30,532 bases of DNA from a virus (lineage: Duplodnaviria; Caudoviricetes), in the IMG/VR virus record IMGVR_UViG_3300020045_005271, positions 1 to 30,532 of that record. One strand, written 5' to 3'. Shown here in pieces: positions 7,968-15,115 of this stretch (the stretch's first letter is position 1; each line of letters opens with the position of its first letter). Under the pieces are notes generated by a model. That model saw nothing but the letters and a program-made list of their open reading frames with translations, was not told the DNA's origin and did no database searches. A program made the translations under genes and the position numbers.

Positions 7968-8053
7968 ATGACGGTGCAACGTCATAACAATTTTTATCAA
8001 ACCCGCTATATTTCTCATCGTTGCACCCGATGAGCGATGTATGCGGGTTTTTT
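7968..8053 (+). promoter_or_regulatory. Structured leader: small hairpin plus terminator-like hairpin with complementary loops
   Basis: ATGACG-GTGCAA-CGTCAT, then AAACCCGC...CTCATCG-TTGCACC-CGATGAG...GCGGGTTT and a T run. TATAAT at 7949-7954 upstream. Confidence 0.75.
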
Positions 8054-8061
8054 ATTGGGGA

Positions 8062-8232
8062 ATGGAAGTGGAAGAATTACATAATCTTTGGCAAGATAAA
8101 GAATATATGGATATGGTAGAAGAATTACCGCTAGAGCCTTATTTGGCTTTAACTAATGAGCAGTTTGAAATAGAAGAATCGCACAGGGCAACACTTTTAA
8201 AAAGCAGTGAAGAATTTGAGGCAATGCCATGA
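8062..8232 (+). CDS. Acidic mini-protein resembling a portal fragment
   Basis: The track start at 8041 lies inside the hairpin, so ATG 8062 or GTG 8068 after GGGG is more plausible. ATGA overlap with the next gene. Confidence 0.7.
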   Translation: MEVEELHNLWQDKEYMDMVEELPLEPYLALTNEQFEIEESHRATLLKSSEEFEAMP

Positions 8233-8474
8233 AAGCAATACTATTAATCGGCTTACTGCTATCCAGCACAGCCAACGCAGAAGACCCGCATTACTCATGG
8301 GACGAGCCACAACAACGCAGTGACCAACACAACTACGCCCTTGATGACTTGGAGCGATACAACGAGCAAGCGCGGGAACGAAGACAATCGCAGCGAGACT
8401 ATGACCAGCGCGAACGGCAATACCAACAGCAACAAATGCAAATGCAGCAATTACTTAATGAGTTAAGACGATGA
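8229..8474 (+). CDS. Exported Gln/Arg-rich protein
   Basis: Sec-type signal peptide MKAILLIGLLLSSTANA with an A-x-A site; GAGG RBS. Confidence 0.8.
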   Translation: MKAILLIGLLLSSTANAEDPHYSWDEPQQRSDQHNYALDDLERYNEQARERRQSQRDYDQRERQYQQQQMQMQQLLNELRR

Positions 8475-8650
8475 TCGCCCTATCCTATCCCAACTTACGC
8501 AGTGAGATGGATGATAAGCAATTTGATGATTATCATCTTTTTTTAAAACAAATAAAGCTTGAGATGAAAGAAGAAAGAAGGAGGCGGGATATTTTACAAC
8601 ATGAGAGAGAGCAAAAATTTAAGGCATGGATTAATGAGTTGAGACGATGA
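8455..8650 (+). repeat. 20 bp direct repeat pair (8455-8474 and 8631-8650)
   Basis: TTAATGAGTTAAGACGATGA vs TTAATGAGTTGAGACGATGA, 19 of 20 identical. Confidence 0.9.
8471..8650 (+). CDS. 59 aa hypothetical protein (not in ORF track)
   Basis: MIALSYPNLRSEMDDKQF...KAWINELRR; ATGA overlaps at both ends. Confidence 0.7.
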   Translation: MIALSYPNLRSEMDDKQFDDYHLFLKQIKLEMKEERRRRDILQHEREQKFKAWINELRR

Positions 8651-8982
8651 CAGAACAATGGACAATAGCAGCGAACTATGAATTTCCAGAAATAAACAAA
8701 CCCGCTTTACCACAAACAAGCTATTTACCGCCTTATGGCTACCCGCGCAAATGCAAGCTAGTCCAGGATAAATCAGAAGCTGGAGACCCGTCTTTTGCGC
8801 ATGACCAGCAAATAGAGGTCGATGGTGAGCCACTGATAACTTGCAAAGAGTTTTTATTTGAAACTGAACAAGAGGCGCATGATTATTTGCGGCAAATACT
8901 AAGACCAATGAGACAAGATATTATTAGCGTAGTAGCTCGGTTGGTTACAATATTGGAATATATAAACGAAGAAGGTAAGTAA
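8647..8982 (+). CDS. Hypothetical protein
   Basis: 111 aa, coupled to both neighbours. Confidence 0.75.
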   Translation: MTEQWTIAANYEFPEINKPALPQTSYLPPYGYPRKCKLVQDKSEAGDPSFAHDQQIEVDGEPLITCKEFLFETEQEAHDYLRQILRPMRQDIISVVARLVTILEYINEEGK

Positions 8983-9170
8983 TGAAAATCACAATTGAAT
9001 TTGAGAACCCATGTGAATTAGTTGATTTATTGCGTAAATTATCGGCTGTAATTATTAATGATGAGCCTATTTCTGTGGTAGATTTTTCCTTTAAAGGTCC
9101 TCATCCAACAATGTACACTGAACAAGATGAAACACCGATTAGTCACGACCACACAAAGGTAAACAAATGA
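8982..9170 (+). CDS. Hypothetical protein
   Basis: 62 aa, TAATG and ATGA coupling, AAGGT RBS. Confidence 0.7.
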   Translation: MKITIEFENPCELVDLLRKLSAVIINDEPISVVDFSFKGPHPTMYTEQDETPISHDHTKVNK

Positions 9171-10009
9171 CCGAGCAAACAGCAGAATCAGAACAAACAC
9201 CAGAACCACGCTACACAATCTTAAACAATGAATCCCCAGCAGAGACCGTAGAAGTTGAGCAGATACCAGCAAGCGAAGAAGTGGCAGCGGTTGAATCAGA
9301 GCCAGAAGTCGAAAGTGACGTTGAGCAAACGCCAGAGGTACGCAAGAAAGACGCACAGTCGCGCATTAGAGAACTGGCAAACAAAGCACGGGCGGCGGAA
9401 GAGCGCGCCCAAGCGGCAGAGGCGGCACTTGCAGCAAGAGCTACCCCACCAGTGGATAAGCCTAACCCAGAAGATTATGCGGGAGGGCGTTATAATGATA
9501 GTTATCAAGATGATTTAGACGCATGGCGAGACGCACAGACAGAGCAGCGTATCAGTCAGGCGTTAGTGCAAGCTGAACGTGATAAAGCGATAAGCTCAAG
9601 AAAGTCAGTAATTGCCGAACGTGAAGCGGAATTTAAAGCAGTTACGCCAGACTATGATGAAATGGTAGTTCACGCTTTGCCATTATTTGACGACCCATTG
9701 ACTAATACAGCAATTACTGAGATTGAAAATATCACAGAAATAGCCTACGCAATCGGTAAAGACCCAGAATTACTAGCACAGTTTGAGCGCATGACTCCAA
9801 GTCAACGTCTTGTTAAAATGGGTATGATGGCAGCACAAGGCATCGCATCACCAACTCAAAAAACCGTAAAAATCAGTCAAGCAGCAAAACCAATTACTCC
9901 AGTTTCAGGCGGCAGTGCGGTTTTAACAAGCAACGCAGCAATGGAAGCGGCTTTAAAAGCCGGTGATTTTGAGGCTTATAAGGCGGCTAAGAAGGCGAGA
10001 AATGAATAA
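9167..10009 (+). CDS. Capsid scaffolding protein
   Basis: Acidic disordered N-terminus, AQSRIRELA coiled coil, KPNPEDY, short basic helical C-terminus (GDFEAYKAAKKAR); lies between portal and coat. Confidence 0.85.
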   Translation: MTEQTAESEQTPEPRYTILNNESPAETVEVEQIPASEEVAAVESEPEVESDVEQTPEVRKKDAQSRIRELANKARAAEERAQAAEAALAARATPPVDKPNPEDYAGGRYNDSYQDDLDAWRDAQTEQRISQALVQAERDKAISSRKSVIAEREAEFKAVTPDYDEMVVHALPLFDDPLTNTAITEIENITEIAYAIGKDPELLAQFERMTPSQRLVKMGMMAAQGIASPTQKTVKISQAAKPITPVSGGSAVLTSNAAMEAALKAGDFEAYKAAKKARNE

Positions 10010-10151
10010 TAGAGTAGAGAACGAAAATAAAGAGCGGTTGAATTTCCGCGTAAAGCACAGCAAAATGCCTATACTAACGCATCGTAAAATGTATAGAATC
10101 GTTAATAGGCGTATGTGGAAGCGGTTAGACGCTTGCTTCTCTAAAATATAA
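10002..10151 (+). CDS. Basic 49 aa mini-protein
   Basis: MNNRVENENKERLNFRVKHSKMPILTHRKMYRIVNRRMWKRLDACFSKI. ATG 10002 overlaps the scaffold end. Confidence 0.6.
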   Translation: MNNRVENENKERLNFRVKHSKMPILTHRKMYRIVNRRMWKRLDACFSKI

Positions 10152-10161
10152 AGGCGGCAAA

Positions 10162-10407
10162 ATGACAAAAACAATATCAGAAATCACAGCAGAAGCACTA
10201 AGTATATTTGATAATGCCACAAGAGCCGATGCTATTACACGAAAAGGTGTAGAACAACTGGGTTTTACTCTAAATATTGAAGATTTTAGAGAGCGGTTTA
10301 TTCAGCCAGTAATGCGACAAACGGCTGATATTTTGATAGATAAGCGCAAAAAGAAAATTAGAAAGACTAGGCTAAGAAATATCAGGTTATCAAACAGAGG
10401 CAGATAG
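10162..10407 (+). CDS. Mini-paralog of the major capsid protein with a basic tail
   Basis: TISEITAEALSIFDN and LNIEDFRERFIQP match coat TIAKITAETLEVLEN and LNIDDFRKRFIVP. Confidence 0.8.
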   Translation: MTKTISEITAEALSIFDNATRADAITRKGVEQLGFTLNIEDFRERFIQPVMRQTADILIDKRKKKIRKTRLRNIRLSNRGR

Positions 10408-10411
10408 TCTA

Positions 10412-10440
10412 TTGACAAAAGCTAATAAATAAAGTACATT
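10412..10440 (+). promoter_or_regulatory. Sigma70-type promoter for the capsid operon
   Basis: TTGACA (10412-10417), 17 bp spacer, TACATT (10435-10440). Confidence 0.8.
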
Positions 10441-10446
10441 TGTTTT

Positions 10447-10631
10447 AAGGTGTGTTTGCCGACGGAAATCAGGCATAGATATATGCAGGAAGGACGGGGG
10501 CGCACACCGCCAAACATATCGAAGCCTAACGCATAACAGGCACTGCTTTTACCACAGAACATTAAAAAAGCGTTATATCAAGGTGTCGCGTCCTAATGAG
10601 AAATTAACTTTTTTCAATAGGGAGCAGCCAA
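10447..10631 (+). promoter_or_regulatory. Long structured 5' leader of the capsid gene
   Basis: About 185 nt non-coding with nested and mutually exclusive stems; GGAG RBS before ATG 10632. Confidence 0.55.
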
Positions 10632-11885
10632 ATGGCTAACCAATTACTTACCATCGCCAAGATCACAGCTGAAACGCTTGAAGTCTTGGAAAACCAACTC
10701 ACATTCTCTAGTAACGTAAACCGCGAATACGACAGCCAATTTCAGGCTGGCGGTGGTCAAATCGGCGCGACTGTAAACGTCAGAAAGCCAACTCGCTACA
10801 TGGTCTACAAAGGCAAGCAGCTTGTACCTCAAAACAGTATTGAAACCTATGTGCCTGTCACACTGACAGAGCAAGCTCAAACTGCAATGTCTTTTTCAAG
10901 CGTCGATTTAGCTTTAAATATTGATGACTTTAGAAAACGCTTTATTGTTCCAGCAGCCGCAGCAATTGCTAACCAAATCGACTACGATGGGCTACAACTT
11001 TACAAATCAGTGTATAACTTTGTCGGCACTGTCGGCGAACTGACAGGCACACCGACCAGCGCACAAGCATTACTGGCAACGGCACGCGGTCAACAAAAGC
11101 TAGACGAAAACGCAGCACCACGAGACGGCAAGCGTTCAGCTATTATCAATCCAGCTACGCAATCCGGCTTAGTCACCGCTAACGCTACCCTGTTCAATCC
11201 GCAGCAAACCATTTCAGACATTTATAAAAATGGCAGAATGGGTTCAAACGTATTGGGCTTTGATTTTTACATGGATCAAAACGTACCGATGCACACAGCC
11301 GGCACACAAAACGGCACATTCGCAATCAGTGCAGCGGCTCAAGGAGGTAGTAATACTGTACAAGCGGATGCAACTACGCCATTCACATTGGCAACAGCGG
11401 CAATCACCGGCACATTGACAGCGGGTACAGTTTTCACTATTGCTGGCGTTTATGCGGTTAATCCACAATCTCGTGTTTCAACTGGCTCACTGCAAAACTT
11501 TGTTGTTATGGCTGATACTTTGGCAAGTGCAACATCTGTTTCAATTTTGCCGTACCCAATCTTTAGCGGTGCGTTCCAGAATGTTACCAGTACCACGAAC
11601 ACAATCGCAGCGGCGGCTACCTGTACCATTTTGAGTGGCTTAAACGCAGCACAAGCACCGCAAAACATCTTGATGCACAGAGACGCGTTTACGCTTGCAA
11701 GTGCTGACTTACCTTTGCCCGGTGGTGTTGATACAGCTTCACGCATGGCTTCAAAAGCGTCCGGACTGTCCTTGCGTATGATTAGTCAATATGACATCCA
11801 ATCAGACAATTACTTTACCCGTCTTGATGTATTGTATGGCTGGAAGGCAATCTATCCAGAATTGGCGGCTCGTCTTACAGGCTAA
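10632..11885 (+). CDS. Major capsid protein, P22 coat (gp5) family
   Basis: MANQLLT...LENQL, GATVNVRKP, DDFRKRFIVPA, GTVFTIAGVYAVNP, C-terminal RLDVLYGWKAIYPELAARL. Confidence 0.96.
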   Translation: MANQLLTIAKITAETLEVLENQLTFSSNVNREYDSQFQAGGGQIGATVNVRKPTRYMVYKGKQLVPQNSIETYVPVTLTEQAQTAMSFSSVDLALNIDDFRKRFIVPAAAAIANQIDYDGLQLYKSVYNFVGTVGELTGTPTSAQALLATARGQQKLDENAAPRDGKRSAIINPATQSGLVTANATLFNPQQTISDIYKNGRMGSNVLGFDFYMDQNVPMHTAGTQNGTFAISAAAQGGSNTVQADATTPFTLATAAITGTLTAGTVFTIAGVYAVNPQSRVSTGSLQNFVVMADTLASATSVSILPYPIFSGAFQNVTSTTNTIAAAATCTILSGLNAAQAPQNILMHRDAFTLASADLPLPGGVDTASRMASKASGLSLRMISQYDIQSDNYFTRLDVLYGWKAIYPELAARLTG

Positions 11886-11901
11886 AATCACGCAACCTAA
11901 C

Positions 11902-11924
11902 GCCACGTTTAACCGCGTGGCTTT
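11902..11924 (+). terminator. Weak hairpin/attenuator after the coat gene
   Basis: GCCACG / CGTGGC stem with only a short T run. Confidence 0.4.
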
Positions 11925-11947
11925 ACCAATTTTAAGAGGATTTAATC

Positions 11948-12319
11948 ATGCCAGATCAAGGCGCAGCTCCAAACGTAATTACAGCGGCAATTCCAAATTT
12001 TGAACATTTAACGATGGTCTCGCTCGCACTGTCACCCGCTGCGTGTGGTGCAGCAACAGCAACCGAACAGACCTTTACAGTAACAGGTTTATCAATGGGC
12101 GATTCTCTACAAGCCCGTGATGTGATTTTAAACGTGTATAAACCGACTGCACAGACTGGTTTATCCATTGGCTCGTGTCGCGTTAGTGCGGCTAATACCA
12201 TTTCTATTCAGTTTATCAATCCAACCGCTGGCAGCATCACGCCAACAGCGGCAGAAATTTATACGATTACCGTGTGGCGACCATGCCAATTGGCACAAGC
12301 TAACGCAACCGTAGTTTAA
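11948..12319 (+). CDS. Virion protein, probable capsid decoration protein
   Basis: Beta-rich 123 aa (ATEQTFTVTGL...GD, RVSAANTISIQFIN) immediately after the coat gene and before a terminator. Confidence 0.65.
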   Translation: MPDQGAAPNVITAAIPNFEHLTMVSLALSPAACGAATATEQTFTVTGLSMGDSLQARDVILNVYKPTAQTGLSIGSCRVSAANTISIQFINPTAGSITPTAAEIYTITVWRPCQLAQANATVV

Positions 12320-12331
12320 AAGCTAGACAAT

Positions 12332-12361
12332 CGCTCTCACTTTGCACGGTGAGAGCGTTTT
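12332..12361 (+). terminator. Rho-independent terminator
   Basis: CGCTCTCAC / GTGAGAGCG followed by TTTT. Confidence 0.75.
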
Positions 12362-12381
12362 AACATCAAAAAGGGCTAGTC

Positions 12382-13110
12382 ATGGCAACAAATACAGTAC
12401 GCGATTTAATCCAAGACAGTCTAACTCAGCTTATGGTTTACTCGCCCGATGTCATCCTGACGGCTGAAGAATCCAATACCGCGTTACGCACACTGAACAG
12501 TTTAATCGAGTCGTTAGCTAACGAATCATTTACGATTAACACGGTCACAAAAGAAAGCTTTAATTTAGTTGGCGGTCAAGCGACTTACACATTCGGCACT
12601 GGCGGCAATTTCAACAGCACGCGACCCATTAGCATTGAAGCAGTCACAACCGCGATCACTGGCACGGCTGGAAACATCGATTTCCCCGTTGTCTTAGTAA
12701 ATTATGACGACTACGCGGCTATTAAACTCAAAACACTGCAAACTAATTACCCTCAATACTGCTACCCTGACGGCAATTACCCACTAAATAATCTCACATT
12801 TTACCCTGTGCCATCGAGCGCGATACCTGTCACGATTTACAGCTATAAACAGATTAGTGAGTTCGCCACTGTGACAGAAACCGTAAGCTTCCCGCAAGGG
12901 TATTACCGTATGCTTGTGGCTTTGTTAGCGATTGAGCTCGCACCAAGTTACCAAGTGCAAGCAAGCCAAAACATCATAGATATTGCGCACCAAGCTAAAC
13001 GTAACATTATGCGCACTAATGCAAAATCGTTGACTATGCAAACAGATCCGGTTTTGATGGGAACAGGTGGGCGGTATAATATTTTTAGCGACAAGATAGG
13101 TTCACGCTAA
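12382..13110 (+). CDS. Head-tail adaptor (P22 gp4-like)
   Basis: TVRDLIQDSL...ALRTLNSLIES and FPQGYYRMLVALLAIELAPSY; position after the coat gene. Confidence 0.85.
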   Translation: MATNTVRDLIQDSLTQLMVYSPDVILTAEESNTALRTLNSLIESLANESFTINTVTKESFNLVGGQATYTFGTGGNFNSTRPISIEAVTTAITGTAGNIDFPVVLVNYDDYAAIKLKTLQTNYPQYCYPDGNYPLNNLTFYPVPSSAIPVTIYSYKQISEFATVTETVSFPQGYYRMLVALLAIELAPSYQVQASQNIIDIAHQAKRNIMRTNAKSLTMQTDPVLMGTGGRYNIFSDKIGSR

Positions 13111-14558
13111 TGGCATTTGACCTACGCATCTTCGGCAATAATGTAAAATCAAAGTCATCAACTATCACAGCCGAGGACAGAACCAACGTGTATTTTGATA
13201 TTCCGACAGAGCCAGACCGCGCACCTGTAGCAGCGTATGGAACGCCGGGGACAGAAGCGTTTTGCTATCCATCTGGAGCGGTAACGCGCGGAATGTACTA
13301 CATGCCTAGCACTGGCGGTGCGCTGGTATTGCAAGGACGCAAATTATTTTTGATTACTATCAGTACGCCCACGCTTGTTGCCACGTTGCCCAATAGCAAC
13401 GACACCGACGGAAGCGCACACTTTACCGACAACGGCACGCAGCTTTTAATAGTTACAAGCGGCTTTGGCTACATAGTCGATACTACTAACGCATATAAAA
13501 TTTACGACATAAGCGCAAAATTACCAGAGGGCGGCAGTGATTCGTGTACTTTTTTGGACGGGTATTTCATTGTTAACCGTCGCAATACTCAGCAGTTTTA
13601 TATTAGCTCTCCTTATAACGGATTAGTGTGGAACGCATTGGACTTTGCCAGTGCAGAGTCAAGCCCTGATAATCTGGTAGCAGTATCAGCTAACAACGGC
13701 TATTTGCATTTGTTGGGTGAACTCAGTACTGAAATTTGGGTGAACAATGGAGGTGCATTATTCCCATTTGACAGGATTCAAGGCGCGACAATCACTTACG
13801 GCTTGGTCAGTATCGATAGCTTAGCGGTTATCAATACGAGCCTTATCGGTTTAGTGCGTGACCGTTACGGTATGCTTGCTATCGGTACTATCGCAGGTGG
13901 GCAGTTTGCAGCGATTAGTACGCCTGACATTACCTACATAATCAATAAATACAGCGCAATCACCACAGCGGTAGGCTTTGTTTACGGCTTAAACGGTCGG
14001 TATTTTTATCAGATTACGTTCAACGGCAATGCGTCATGGCTTTATGACTTTAAAGCACAAGCTTGGAGTAGAATAGCGTCATGGGATTTAGACTATAGCA
14101 AGTATCAATTCGGACTGGCATTTGGGACCAAGTTTATTGTATCAAGCGCAACCACAGGTCAACTGGCATCGATAAGTGCCGATGTGTACACAGAGGAAGG
14201 ACAGCCAATTGTTAGAGAGATTACATTTAACCAAATCTTTGCACCCACACAGAATTTTAGTTTGATTAGTCGAATTAGGGCATGGATGGAAACGGGGCAG
14301 GGTTTAGTAGGTACTAATTTACTAACTACGCCACAAGGGATTAATCCAACTGTTTATCTACAGATTAGTCGGGACAGCGGGCATACTTGGGGTGAAAGAC
14401 TGCCTACAGAAATCGGACGGCGTGGCGAGTTTACCAGTCGGGCAGAATGGCGTAGGCTTGGACAGGCGCGGTCATGGTGCATTAGATTACGCATGACCGA
14501 TCCTGTAAAGTTCGTTTTAACGGACATTAGTTTAGCGATAGGCGAGGCTAATCAGTAA
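13110..14558 (+). CDS. Tail hub / packaged DNA stabilization protein (P22 gp10-like)
   Basis: YGTPG, FLDGYFI, ALDFASAESSPD, SRDSGHTWG, WRRLGQAR...MTDPVK. Confidence 0.92.
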   Translation: MAFDLRIFGNNVKSKSSTITAEDRTNVYFDIPTEPDRAPVAAYGTPGTEAFCYPSGAVTRGMYYMPSTGGALVLQGRKLFLITISTPTLVATLPNSNDTDGSAHFTDNGTQLLIVTSGFGYIVDTTNAYKIYDISAKLPEGGSDSCTFLDGYFIVNRRNTQQFYISSPYNGLVWNALDFASAESSPDNLVAVSANNGYLHLLGELSTEIWVNNGGALFPFDRIQGATITYGLVSIDSLAVINTSLIGLVRDRYGMLAIGTIAGGQFAAISTPDITYIINKYSAITTAVGFVYGLNGRYFYQITFNGNASWLYDFKAQAWSRIASWDLDYSKYQFGLAFGTKFIVSSATTGQLASISADVYTEEGQPIVREITFNQIFAPTQNFSLISRIRAWMETGQGLVGTNLLTTPQGINPTVYLQISRDSGHTWGERLPTEIGRRGEFTSRAEWRRLGQARSWCIRLRMTDPVKFVLTDISLAIGEANQ

Positions 14559-15115
14559 TGACCGTAAAAGTCCCATTACCACCATTAAGTAATCCAATCA
14601 CTGATAAGCCGGTCAGTTTAACGTGGGCGGCATACTTTAGTGGTCTAAAAAACTACATCGACACGTTGGATACAGCGGTACGGGTACGCTTACATAATGC
14701 ACTGGACGAACTACAGGGCGGAAGCACAACAGAACGCTATCACCTAACACAAGCAGAGCATGACAACACAACGCAATTACCCACTTTTAACGGTGACGCA
14801 ACCCAATTTTTAAACGGTGAGGCAGTATTTGCAACGCCAGACCATAGTTTATTATTGAGCTTGCAAGGCGGTGCGGACGGCGAGCATTATCATTTAACCG
14901 CTAGTCAATACGCTAATCTTGCTCCATTGGGTTACGATGGCAATGCTAGTCATTTTTTGAACGGGCAAGGCACGTTTAGCGCACCTAATCACAACGATAC
15001 GCTGAATATTCAAGGCGGTACGGTGGGCGATTATCAGCATTTGACCACAGCGCAAAAGAACAGCATTGTTAATATCAACTCCATTATTTTTGGATATATG
15101 AGCTTAGGACTATGA
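14558..15115 (+). CDS. Tail needle/fibre-like protein with His-rich repeats
   Basis: At the gp26 position. PLPP...TWAAYF start, three HxxxxxxQGGxxxxxxHLT repeats separated by two GxAxxFLNG repeats. Confidence 0.7.
   Translation: MTVKVPLPPLSNPITDKPVSLTWAAYFSGLKNYIDTLDTAVRVRLHNALDELQGGSTTERYHLTQAEHDNTTQLPTFNGDATQFLNGEAVFATPDHSLLLSLQGGADGEHYHLTASQYANLAPLGYDGNASHFLNGQGTFSAPNHNDTLNIQGGTVGDYQHLTTAQKNSIVNINSIIFGYMSLGL

Noticed and set aside
8485-8496. CTATCCCAACTT matches the origin region 148-159
   Set aside because: Single isolated copy inside an ORF; probably chance.
8982-9170. Possible portal fragment (RKLSAVIINDEPI vs YKLGADCVLESTELPI)
   Set aside because: Too few identities; the sequence also reads like a generic small phage protein.
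10447-10631. tRNA gene or known metabolite riboswitch
   Set aside because: No cloverleaf with a TTCGA T-loop and no aptamer consensus that I recognise; kept only as an unclassified structured leader.
11880-11948. Programmed frameshift or readthrough extending the coat protein
   Set aside because: No slippery heptamer at the coat 3' end, and the downstream gene has its own GAGGA RBS.
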